Source: Oscillospiraceae bacterium (GTDB taxonomy: Bacteria; Bacillota; Clostridia; Oscillospirales; Acutalibacteraceae). Taken from it: a DNA stretch of 57,163 nucleotides. The notes beneath the pieces are model-generated. The model saw only the letters and a program-made list of their open reading frames with translations. It made no database searches and was not told the origin of the DNA. Location: NCBI GenBank assembly GCA_015065695.1, contig SVPT01000001.1, positions 1 through 57,163 on the forward strand. The letters are read 5' to 3'. Position numbers and translations under genes: made by a program. This document shows, one piece after another, positions 19,383-27,984 of this stretch (position 1 is its first letter; the number at the start of each line of letters is the position of its first letter).

Positions 19383-21947
19383 ATGTCTGAAAATACCGAA
19401 ATGAAGAAAGTTCCGTTGAAAGTTCCGTTCAAGGCAGAGGAAACCAAGCCGTACATATTTATCAGCTACGCCCACGATGACAAGGACAAGGTTTTCCCCA
19501 TCATAAAAAGAATCTACGAAAAGGGCTGGCACGTTTGGTATGACCAGGGTATTGAGATAAACACCAACTACCACAACGTCATCGCCGACCATGTGCTGGG
19601 CTGCGCCATTCTGGTGCTGTTCGTGTCCAAAACCTCGGTCACCCGCGATTACGTCACCGACATCGAGGTGGGCTTTGCGCTGGAAAATAAAAAGCGTGTG
19701 ATTTTCTGTACTCTCGACGAAGATGCTGAACTTCCCAGCGGCATACGCTCTCGCACATACGACAGTGAACTCCACCCTCGCACCACCCCTGAGTGTATTC
19801 TCGATGTGCTTGAGGGCATTGAGGGGCTGACAAATGTAGGCGAGCGCGAAGCCCATGGCTTAGTGCTTAATGTCAGTGACGAAGGCGAGCTGCTTCTTTC
19901 CGACCCCGATGATGAATACGATTCCGAAGCCACTGCGGGCGGCGGTGTGCGCCTGACAAAGTACAAAGGAAGCGCCGAGTATGTGGTGATTCCGGCAAAG
20001 TGGAAGGGTCGCCCTGTGGTGGAGCTCAAGAGAACTTTTGATGGTAACGAGACCATAAAGTCCGTCACCATCCCCGACAGCGTGACCATCATTGGCGAAT
20101 ATGCATTCTCCCGCTGCAGCAGCCTTACTACCGTCACTATCCCCGACAACGTAACCAACATTGGCTATAGGGCATTCGACTGCTGCAGCAGCCTTACCTC
20201 CGTCACCATCCCCGACAGCGTAACCAACATTGGCTTGTGGGCATTCGACGGCTGCAAAAACCTCACCATAGAATGCGAAGAGAACTCCTATGCGCAGCAA
20301 TATGCAAAAAAGAAAAAAATACCAGTGCGCATAGTTGCCCTCGAGAAAAAAGAAAAGCCGAAAAAACGTGAAGCATCGGATAACATCCCCTTTGTCAGCG
20401 ATGAAGAGAATCCCTATGTCTACTGCAGCTATGCCCACGAAAACGCAGACCTTGTCTATCCCATAATGAAGAGGCTTCACGATGACGGCTTCAGCATCCG
20501 GTATGATGAGTTTGACGGAAAGAATAGCTTTGTTTGTTCAAGAGAAATCAACTCCTGCGCATATTTTCTCGCCTTCCTTACGCCAGAGTATGTTAAAGGT
20601 GATTGGTTGGAAGAGTTGCGACTTTCTTCACCGGACAAGCGCATACTGTACTGGCTGGAAAGCTGTGACCTACCACAAGACCTCCGCCTGCAGCAGGGCT
20701 GCATACAGGGATTGACCAGTGAGGGTCGCACATATGAAGACATCATAACCACCATCGAAAACGAGCTTATCAAAGGCAATTGCCGGGGTCATTATACCCC
20801 GACCATCCCCGGCTTTGACTACAAAGCAGACGACACCGGTATCACCCTTTTGAAATACACTGGACAGGATGAGGTCGTAGTTATAAAGCCCGAATACCAT
20901 GGTCGTCCGGTCGTATGCATTGGCAATATGGCATTCTACAACTGCAGCAACCTTACCTCCGTCGCCATCCCCGACAGCGTAACCACCATTGGCGATTGGG
21001 CATTCTACGACTGCAGCAGCCTTGCCTCCGTCATCATCCCCGACAGTGTGACCTCCATTGGCAATAGTGCATTCTCCAAATGCAGCAGCCTTACCTCCAT
21101 AAATGTTGATGATAATAACAATAACTATAAATCTGTCAATGGTGTGCTGTTTAGTAAAGACGGAAAAAAATTAATTGCATATCCGGGTGGAATAGAAGGA
21201 TGTTATTCCATCCCCGACAGCGTGACCGACATTGGCGATGATGCATTCTCCTACTGCAGCAGCCTTACCTCCGTCACCATCCCCGACAGCGTGACCTCCA
21301 TTGGCGATTGGGCATTTTCCGGCTGCAGCAGCCTTACCTCTGTCACCATCCCCGACAGCGTGACCTCCATTGGCAATTGGGCATTCTCCGGCTGCAGCAG
21401 CCTTACCTCTGTCACCATACCCGACAGCGTGACCATCATCGGCAATAGGGCATTCTCCTTCTGCAGCAGCCTTACCTCCGTCACCATCCCCGACAGCGTG
21501 ACCAACATTGGTGCAGAGGCATTCTCCGACTGCAGCAGCCTTACCTCTGTCACCATACCCGACAGCGTGACTGCCATTGGCGATAGGGCATTCTTCCTCT
21601 GCGAGGACCTCACCATCCTATGCCCCGAAAACTCCTACGCATGGCAATACTGCGAAGAAAACGACATTCCCCATAAGCCGCTCGAGGAAACCTCCCCCAC
21701 CACAGCAGCAGACACTGCACAGCCGTTGGCAAAAGCGGCTGCCGCCCCTGAAACCGACTCCGAAACTGCCCCCGAAATCACTGCCAAGCCCACTGTTGAA
21801 GCAGTCACGGAATCCCCCGCCAAAACAAAATCCCACCGCTGGCTCATCCCCCTCATTCTCGCCCTCGTGCTGCTGGCAGGCGGTGCGGCGGTGCAGCTTC
21901 TCGGCATCTTCGATATTCTCGGCTGGCTGGTCGGTCTGCTTGGGTAG
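19383..21947 (+). CDS. TIR - BspA-type LRR - TIR - BspA-type LRR protein with a C-terminal TM tail anchor
   Basis: Two TIR-like blocks (aa ~20-150 and ~340-470; each has the YAHxD start and a later acidic motif, TDIEVGFAL or DWLEELRL). Two runs of 23-aa repeats (CSSLTSVTIPDSVTxIGxxAFxx) are LRR_5/BspA type. The tail is RWLIPLILALVLLAGGAAVQLLGIF. No signal peptide. Confidence 0.75.
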   Translation: MSENTEMKKVPLKVPFKAEETKPYIFISYAHDDKDKVFPIIKRIYEKGWHVWYDQGIEINTNYHNVIADHVLGCAILVLFVSKTSVTRDYVTDIEVGFALENKKRVIFCTLDEDAELPSGIRSRTYDSELHPRTTPECILDVLEGIEGLTNVGEREAHGLVLNVSDEGELLLSDPDDEYDSEATAGGGVRLTKYKGSAEYVVIPAKWKGRPVVELKRTFDGNETIKSVTIPDSVTIIGEYAFSRCSSLTTVTIPDNVTNIGYRAFDCCSSLTSVTIPDSVTNIGLWAFDGCKNLTIECEENSYAQQYAKKKKIPVRIVALEKKEKPKKREASDNIPFVSDEENPYVYCSYAHENADLVYPIMKRLHDDGFSIRYDEFDGKNSFVCSREINSCAYFLAFLTPEYVKGDWLEELRLSSPDKRILYWLESCDLPQDLRLQQGCIQGLTSEGRTYEDIITTIENELIKGNCRGHYTPTIPGFDYKADDTGITLLKYTGQDEVVVIKPEYHGRPVVCIGNMAFYNCSNLTSVAIPDSVTTIGDWAFYDCSSLASVIIPDSVTSIGNSAFSKCSSLTSINVDDNNNNYKSVNGVLFSKDGKKLIAYPGGIEGCYSIPDSVTDIGDDAFSYCSSLTSVTIPDSVTSIGDWAFSGCSSLTSVTIPDSVTSIGNWAFSGCSSLTSVTIPDSVTIIGNRAFSFCSSLTSVTIPDSVTNIGAEAFSDCSSLTSVTIPDSVTAIGDRAFFLCEDLTILCPENSYAWQYCEENDIPHKPLEETSPTTAADTAQPLAKAAAAPETDSETAPEITAKPTVEAVTESPAKTKSHRWLIPLILALVLLAGGAAVQLLGIFDILGWLVGLLG

Positions 21948-21989
21948 CGGAATATGCCCGCAGCGGGAAGAGATAATATACCCACTACA

Positions 21990-22130
21990 AACAACGTCCC
22001 GCACCCACAAGGGTGCGGGACGTTTTCTTTTTTCTTTGCACCTCACCCTACCACAAAAAACTGCACAAAGCTTGCTATTCCGCAAAAACGAATGTATTAT
22101 TTCACTGGAACAACAAAGGAGGGTCAGACG
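21990..22130 (+). repeat. copy B of the cassette: terminator-like hairpin, promoter and 5' UTR
   Basis: The same hairpin and T-run, then TTGCTA (22072-22077), a 17-nt spacer, TATTAT (22095-22100), and AAGGAGGG before ATG 22131. Confidence 0.8.
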
Positions 22131-22706
22131 ATGTCAGACAATCACGACAAGAAAAACATTCCGCTTGCGGCAGAGGGAAACGAGCAGGCTCTTTCCAATT
22201 CCGATGACGAATACGAAGCAAAAATCACCGCAGACGGCAGCGTAATCCTCACAAGGTACAAGGGTAATGCCGAAAATGTGGTTGTTCCCGCTGCGTGGAA
22301 AGGTTGCCCTGTGGTGGAGCTGGAGAGAACTTTCTGCGAGAACGAGACAATAAAGTCCGTCACCATCCCCGACAGCGTGATCATCATTGGCTTTATGGCA
22401 TTCTACGGCTGCAGCAGCCTTACCTCCGTCACCATCCCCGACAGTGTGACGTCCATTGGCGATGGGGCATTCTTCTACTGCAGCAGCCTAACCATCGTAA
22501 CCATCCCTGACAGCGTGACGTCCATTGGCAGCTGGGCATTCTCTGGCTGCAGCAGCCTTACATCGGTCACCATCCCCGACAGCGTGACTGACATTGGCGA
22601 TTGGGTATTCTACGACTGCAATAACCTCACCGTCCTCTGCCCCCAAAACTCCCGCGCATGGCAATACTGCGAGGAAAACGACATTCCCCACCAGCCGCTT
22701 GGGTAA
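22131..22706 (+). CDS. BspA-type leucine-rich repeat protein (LRR only, no signal peptide)
   Basis: MSDNHDKKNIPLAAEGNEQ... leader module followed by TIPDSVxxIGxxAFxxCSSLTSV repeats. Confidence 0.8.
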   Translation: MSDNHDKKNIPLAAEGNEQALSNSDDEYEAKITADGSVILTRYKGNAENVVVPAAWKGCPVVELERTFCENETIKSVTIPDSVIIIGFMAFYGCSSLTSVTIPDSVTSIGDGAFFYCSSLTIVTIPDSVTSIGSWAFSGCSSLTSVTIPDSVTDIGDWVFYDCNNLTVLCPQNSRAWQYCEENDIPHQPLG

Positions 22707-22717
22707 ACCTGATACTG

Positions 22718-22854
22718 CAAACAACGTCCCGCACCCACAAGGGTGCGGGACGTTTTCTTTTTTCTTTGCACCTCACCACAAAAACCGCCCAAAGCTTGCT
22801 ATTCCGCAAAAACGAATGTATTATTTCACTGGAACAACAAAGGAGGGCAAAACG
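22718..22854 (+). repeat. copy C of the cassette: hairpin, promoter and 5' UTR
   Basis: Hairpin at 22723-22752. TTGCTA (22796-22801), a 17-nt spacer, then TATTAT (22819-22824). Near-identical to 41645-41786. Confidence 0.8.
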
Positions 22855-23766
22855 ATGTCAGACAATCATGAAGAGAAAAACATTCCGCTTGCGGCAGCGG
22901 GAAACGAGCAGGCTTTTTCTAATTCCGAGGACGAATACGAAGCAAAAATCACCGCAGACGGCGGCGTAATCCTTACAAGGTACAAGGGGAATGCCGAGAA
23001 CGTGGTGATTCCTGCTGTATGGGAGGGTCGCCCCGTGGTGGGGCTGCAGGGAACTTTTAGTAATAACGATGCAATAAAGTCTGTCACCATTCCCAACAGT
23101 GTGATCTGCATTGGTGATGGTGCATTCTACGTTTGCCGCAGCCTTGTTTCGGTCACCATTCCCGACAGCGTGACCACAATTGGCTATTGTGCATTCAACG
23201 TCTGCAGCAGCCTTACCTCCGTCACCATCCCCAGCAGCACGACCTCAATCGGCAATTTTGCATTCTGCGCCTGCAGCACCCTTACCACCGTCACCATTCC
23301 CGACAGCGTGACCTCACTGGGCGATGGGACATTCGCCGACTGCAGCAGCTTTACTTCCATAAATGTTGACAGTAACAACGGATACTACAAATCCGTCAAT
23401 GGTGTGCTGTTTAGCAAAGACGGAAAGGAATTGGTTGCATATCCGGGTGGAAATGAAAGGGATTATACCATCCCCGACAGCGTGATCTCAATTGGCGATT
23501 ATGCATTCGATGGCTGCCGCAGCCTCACATCCGTCACCATTCCTGAAAGCGTGACCTCAATTGGCTATTGTGCATTCTACGTCTGCAGCAGCCTTACCTC
23601 CATCACCATTCCCGACAGCGTGGTTCTCATTGATGATGAGGCTTTCTCCCGTTGTGAAAATCTCACCGTCCTCTGCCCCGAAAACTCCTGCGCATGGCAA
23701 TACTGCGAGAAAAACGACATTCCCCACAAACCGCTTGAGAAAACCGCTTGCGATGCAACAACGTAA
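22855..23766 (+). CDS. BspA-type leucine-rich repeat protein (LRR only)
   Basis: The first ~190 nt are almost identical to the gene at 41787. LRR_5 repeats run throughout and the end is CPENSCAWQYCEKNDIPHKPL. Confidence 0.8.
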   Translation: MSDNHEEKNIPLAAAGNEQAFSNSEDEYEAKITADGGVILTRYKGNAENVVIPAVWEGRPVVGLQGTFSNNDAIKSVTIPNSVICIGDGAFYVCRSLVSVTIPDSVTTIGYCAFNVCSSLTSVTIPSSTTSIGNFAFCACSTLTTVTIPDSVTSLGDGTFADCSSFTSINVDSNNGYYKSVNGVLFSKDGKELVAYPGGNERDYTIPDSVISIGDYAFDGCRSLTSVTIPESVTSIGYCAFYVCSSLTSITIPDSVVLIDDEAFSRCENLTVLCPENSCAWQYCEKNDIPHKPLEKTACDATT

Positions 23767-23951
23767 AGTCCGCAAATCCGGCGGCCTTTCAGCTTCCTGA
23801 GTGAACCGGACTGTCTTCGTTGGTCTTCAAGAGGGGTTATATGCTGAATCCTGCAATACTGTAGTGTCCATTCGCACAGAAAAAAGAAGTAGCTGAAAAT
23901 AAACACCGATCTGACGAAAGTGTTCGTTAGGTCGGTGTTTTTTCGTTATAT

Positions 23952-24662
23952 TCAGTTTTTCTGCTGCAGCAGACCGAAGCCCTGTGAATTCTTCGAGCCG
24001 AGCCCGGTGTTGTATATAAATTCGAGGGCCTTGCTGCTACCGGATATGCGGTAATCACCTTTCCAGCCAAGCAGCCGTGATTGCTTGAAATAGGTAGCGA
24101 CACGTCTGTGCCTGCCCAGAGGCTCAATGAGTATCTCATCCGGGTTTTGCCCGGTGACAGCCAAGTATTTGTGCTCGTAGTTTTTCGTGACCATTCCGAT
24201 AAATACATCGTCTTCCGGACCGAAAAAGTATCTGCGTTTGTTTTCGTCTGTGCTGTAGGCTATAACGGGCGATTGCGCAGTAAAGACTGCGCTGTCCGTA
24301 TTTATGTGAAGATTACCTGTTTGAATATCAGTAACATCCAGCACGGTCTGCACAAACTTAATTCTCGGGCTGAGTTCAAAGCTTCTCTGCAGAGTGTCGC
24401 AGAAGGCGGGTATAGGGCTTCTGATTTCCAGAGTAATCTCATCTCTGAAGTTAATCCGCTTGTCCTGGACTGTGTATTTTCCGCAAAGCGAACCGAAGAC
24501 AAAGGATTTGAACACCTTGCCGTTGACATATCCGGAGTCGTGCCAGAAATCCGATTCCCCGACCTCTCTGAGCTTTGCATAGATTGCGCTTTGCACCTGA
24601 TGATTATAGCTCAGCGGAATATCCAGACCGTTTTGTGCCTGCATTGTAATTCGAAGCTGCAT
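23952..24662 (-). CDS. cas6: CRISPR-associated endoribonuclease Cas6
   Basis: 236 aa. The C-terminal glycine-rich loop GLGSKNSQGFG fits the Cas6 GxGxxxxxGxG motif. Typical N-terminus MQLRITMQ...LSYNHQVQSAIY. Directly adjacent to a CRISPR array. Confidence 0.85.
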   Translation of the reverse strand: MQLRITMQAQNGLDIPLSYNHQVQSAIYAKLREVGESDFWHDSGYVNGKVFKSFVFGSLCGKYTVQDKRINFRDEITLEIRSPIPAFCDTLQRSFELSPRIKFVQTVLDVTDIQTGNLHINTDSAVFTAQSPVIAYSTDENKRRYFFGPEDDVFIGMVTKNYEHKYLAVTGQNPDEILIEPLGRHRRVATYFKQSRLLGWKGDYRISGSSKALEFIYNTGLGSKNSQGFGLLQQKN

Positions 24663-24829
24663 ATTGTGTTGCTCTCCTTGTACATAACGAAACAGCAGAA
24701 TATATAACGAAACAGCAGAGAAAGCCGCACGAGCTTTTCTGCTGTTTTTTAAGATTTAATCGAGTGGGGGGAGGGGGGAGATTTGAAATGCGAATAAACA
24801 TAACGCCATATTAGGTGAATTCGTATAAT

Positions 24830-25189
24830 ACGGCAATCCCCTATAGGGGTTAGCGTAGTTCTCTTTTTGCACTTTTTTACCTATCAGGTTCTCCGTATCC
24901 ATCCCCTATAGGGGTTAGCGTAGTTTGACCCAATACAGAGTGGCGTCTCTGCCTAGTGCGTATCCATCCCCCATAGGGGTTAATGTAGCTTTGCAAGATG
25001 AAAGGGAGGAATATAAGACCATATTGTTCCATCCCCTATAGGGGTTAGCGTAGTGTACAAGGTTGTACAGTTTGCACTCTCAGCGTTTTTGTATCCATCC
25101 CCTATAGGGGTTAGCGTAGTTGATCATATTTGGAGGTAATTAATATGATGAAGTACGACATTATCCATCCCCTATAGGGGTTAGCGTAG
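24830..25189 (-). CRISPR. CRISPR array, 6 repeats of ~29 bp and 5 spacers of 36-41 bp
   Basis: Repeat (+ strand) GTATCCATCCCCTATAGGGGTTAGCGTAG at 24830, 24895, 24960, 25025, 25091 and 25161. Internal palindrome CCCC-TATA-GGGG. The repeat at 24830 is degenerate in its first 6 nt and the one at 24960 has 3 substitutions. Strand is inferred from the 8-nt tail ATGGATAC on the minus strand. Confidence 0.9.
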
Positions 25190-25367
25190 AACAACAAATT
25201 GTATTCGCTCATATTATAACAACAATCTCTTGGGTTGGCAATCTGAAAAAGGCACAGACAGTTCAATTTCTTTAGTCACACGCACCCTGAGACAATAAAT
25301 CCCCAGTCCATTGCGCCGCAGCAATCAGGGTGTGGTTCAATCGCTTGTCCATACATAAGCCAAAAAT

Positions 25368-25739
25368 TTAAAAGCAAGTGCCTTTTACGCACACACTTTC
25401 TAAAACTGCATTGAAAAAATACGAAAGCAAATAAGCGGCAGGGACGAGCTGATCGGGCTCGCCGTGCTCGCCTATGCGAAACACATTGGCGACGATCAGC
25501 TCGTCAATGGTGCAGCCATAAAGGACAGCCAGGAACTTGAAATGAGGCATTGAGAAAAGACCGCGCCCCGTTTCGGCCCTGATAATTGCCCTGCGAGACA
25601 TGAAGTCACGCGCATTGGTAAACACATCAGCAAGCTGCTGCTGTGTCATATGATGCGCAAGACGCATCTCGCGAAGGCGCTTACCGGTCGCCACCTGGTT
25701 GATTTCCACGTACCAATCAATGTTGGTGTGTATAGACAT
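25368..25739 (-). CDS. XRE-family HTH transcriptional regulator
   Basis: GKRLREMRLAHHMTQQQLADVFTNARDFMSRRAIIRAETG is an HTH_3-type helix-turn-helix. It is divergent from the 26131 operon and co-oriented with the array and cas6. Confidence 0.75.
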   Translation of the reverse strand: MSIHTNIDWYVEINQVATGKRLREMRLAHHMTQQQLADVFTNARDFMSRRAIIRAETGRGLFSMPHFKFLAVLYGCTIDELIVANVFRIGEHGEPDQLVPAAYLLSYFFNAVLESVCVKGTCF

Positions 25740-26130
25740 AATGTCTACCTCCTAAGTAAAAATTTGGGCTATGCCCTTTTCCATATTACTGTTGGAGGGA
25801 TATCAACTGACAACCAATTGAAGTGTAGCACAATTTTGTCACATTGTCAATGATTCCGGCTAAATATAAATGTACAAATTGCTGATTATCGCTTTGTATT
25901 AATATGACTGGTATTTGAAATGCTCTTAGTTGCCAGAGGTCACTTCGGCTGTACTTGGTGGTGTAAAAGGCACCGATTGTGAGAAATTTCTTCCGATGTT
26001 ACCTTTTTGTGCACATAGATGTAACCTTTAGTGCACTTATGCTTTGCTGAATCCATGTTTATACTAAATGCATAACAGCGGTATTTCCGCTTTTGACCGA
26101 TACATTATTAGGTTTATGGAGGGCACTGCC

Positions 26131-26448
26131 ATGATCAAATTGACAAAGCTGCGTTCGACCAAGGACAGAATCATTTGCGTAGGTGAGGTTGAAAATCTGA
26201 TCTTCTACTATAACCCGTTCCAGACCAGCGATCGCATATATCTCTTTGAAACCAAGGCGTTTTATGGCAGCGTGTTTGCGTACTTCAGAAAGATGGGTCG
26301 CAATATGCAGGCTCGTGGTTTTTCCCTGACCATAAAGGAGCTCTATGAGTTCTGCGACTACAACAATCCGAGACTGACCGGAATTATCCACCGCATCTTT
26401 ATCGTCCTGAAGAGCGTATTGAGCGATGAAAACGACCGTGCAGCGTAG
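26131..26448 (+). CDS. hypothetical small protein, paralogue A
   Basis: GGAGGG lies 8 nt before the ATG. It is about 45-50% identical by eye to the next gene (LRSTKDRIICV...F.YYxP....RI.LF..KAF...VF..FRKMGR....RG.SLTI.ELY.F...NPRL). Confidence 0.7.
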   Translation: MIKLTKLRSTKDRIICVGEVENLIFYYNPFQTSDRIYLFETKAFYGSVFAYFRKMGRNMQARGFSLTIKELYEFCDYNNPRLTGIIHRIFIVLKSVLSDENDRAA

Positions 26449-26556
26449 TAAAAACCCAAATGTGAAGCATAAGTGTACATACACAGAATCGTTGGTGTGG
26501 TAAACTGTCTACACTCCCCCTGCGGGGGTGAATAAAAGAATTGAGAGGAAAAGCTT

Positions 26557-26871
26557 ATGAAGAGACTGGACAATCTGAGATCGACCAAGGACCGCATCAT
26601 CTGCGTCAGCGAACCCAACACCCTTTGTTTCTACTACCAGCCCGTCGGCAGCGGCGAACGCATTTTCCTCTTTAGGAGCAAGGCGTTCAATGCCACCGTG
26701 TTCAATCACTTCCGCAAGATGGGGCGCCGCGCTCCTGAGCGGGGCTACTCTCTGACCATTGGCGAGCTTTATTCGTTCCGCAAGGACAACCCCAGACTGC
26801 TCCAGACTATCAACCATATCTTTCTCGTGCTGAGAAGTCTTCTTCAGGACGAAGATTGCCGCTCGGCATAG
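26557..26871 (+). CDS. hypothetical small protein, paralogue B
   Basis: Tandem paralogue of 26131..26448. GAGAGGAAAAG precedes the ATG. Confidence 0.7.
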   Translation: MKRLDNLRSTKDRIICVSEPNTLCFYYQPVGSGERIFLFRSKAFNATVFNHFRKMGRRAPERGYSLTIGELYSFRKDNPRLLQTINHIFLVLRSLLQDEDCRSA

Positions 26872-27010
26872 GCTGCAGCACGATGTACACCTCAGGGTGT
26901 ACATACACAACCCGAAAGGTGTGCTATTCTTAACACAGGTTGAGGCATCGCCCCAGTCAGCTTGTTGCCTGAGGCGATGCAAGGCTAATCAATTGACAAG
27001 GAGATGACCA

Positions 27011-27574
27011 ATGGTGACCAGCAGGTTTATCGGACTTATGCTTCTCCCCGGCTTTGTGTTTCGTTTGCTGGGGCGCCGCGATGGTAAGCACAGCCCCAAG
27101 ACTGTTCCTCTCCGCATGAGTGGGTTTGAGGAAAGATGCAGTATGCTGATAAATTGCGAAATGCTGCTTTCCGAGAAAAGAACCAGAGATGCCGTGCAAC
27201 AGACGGTGGACGCACTTTTCCTCTTCAAGGTGAGCAATGCCGGTGAACCGGCAGCAAACACCATTCGCCGCAGACTGCAGGCAGCTTCGGCACTGGGTGA
27301 TGCCCTTAAGCAGACCAGGCGGGAGAGGCGTCGTCTTACCTCTGTGGCAGACACGATCTTCCGCAAGTACAAGAGCATTGCGGCCCAGTATCTTGTCGGT
27401 GTCAGCCGTTTTACGGAAGATGCTCCCACCCTGTCCGAGTCGTCCTATTTCTCTGCCGAAGAGTATCTCTGCGAGGCCGAATGCGAGCGGCTTTTCGGAT
27501 TTATCGAGAAATCGGCATCGGCACTGCTCAATGTCCCCGAAGTAAGTGTTAAAGGTTATGAAAGGAGTGCATGA
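27011..27574 (+). CDS. hypothetical protein
   Basis: AAGGAG lies 7 nt before ATG 27011. The stop overlaps the next start (ATGA). No recognisable domain. Confidence 0.6.
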   Translation: MVTSRFIGLMLLPGFVFRLLGRRDGKHSPKTVPLRMSGFEERCSMLINCEMLLSEKRTRDAVQQTVDALFLFKVSNAGEPAANTIRRRLQAASALGDALKQTRRERRRLTSVADTIFRKYKSIAAQYLVGVSRFTEDAPTLSESSYFSAEEYLCEAECERLFGFIEKSASALLNVPEVSVKGYERSA

Positions 27575-27984
27575 CCATGACCAACCGCAATCAGCCCGAG
27601 ACCACCACCGAATACCGCAGCCTGTGTTCTCCTGAGGAGCTGCTGGCGGGTATCGGCAGCTACAGCTTCAGCCCGGAGTTTTCCGCAGTACTCAGTGACC
27701 CCGCCGCATTCTTCAAGAGGAAGATAACAGGCGTGCCCGTTGACCAGTTTTCCGGAGATATTCTTGATGGCATGATTTGTTGCCTTATCGACAGCGAAAT
27801 CGCTCGTCTTGAGGACCAGATCGCCAGCAATGCTCACGCTATTCAGACTGCAGAGACCGCTATCCCTGCCTACATCAGACGTGTTCATGATGAACTCGAT
27901 TGTCTGGTGGACTATGACCGATTAATTGAGGAGGAGCTTGTAGCTCTCAGTGTGCTTGAACGGGCACAGAAAGGGGTCAAGTAA
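27571..27984 (+). CDS. hypothetical protein (predicted helical/coiled)
   Basis: Translationally coupled on both sides (ATGA at 27571, TAATG at 27982-27986). No recognisable domain. Confidence 0.6.
   Translation: MTMTNRNQPETTTEYRSLCSPEELLAGIGSYSFSPEFSAVLSDPAAFFKRKITGVPVDQFSGDILDGMICCLIDSEIARLEDQIASNAHAIQTAETAIPAYIRRVHDELDCLVDYDRLIEEELVALSVLERAQKGVK

Noticed and set aside
24859-25160. Self-targeting of CRISPR spacers within this window
   Set aside because: Reading the five spacers against the window, I noticed no matching stretch. This was a visual check only and needs a proper search.
25300-25345. tRNA-like GGTTCAATC motif
   Set aside because: The flanking sequence does not form a T-arm or acceptor stem. 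No cloverleaf could be drawn.
26131-26871. Small tandem paralogues as a WXG100/Esx pair (type VII secretion), with the kinase as an EssB-like pseudokinase
   Set aside because: There is no WxG motif or helical-hairpin character and no EssC/FtsK-type ATPase with FHA domains. The kinase retains its catalytic residues.
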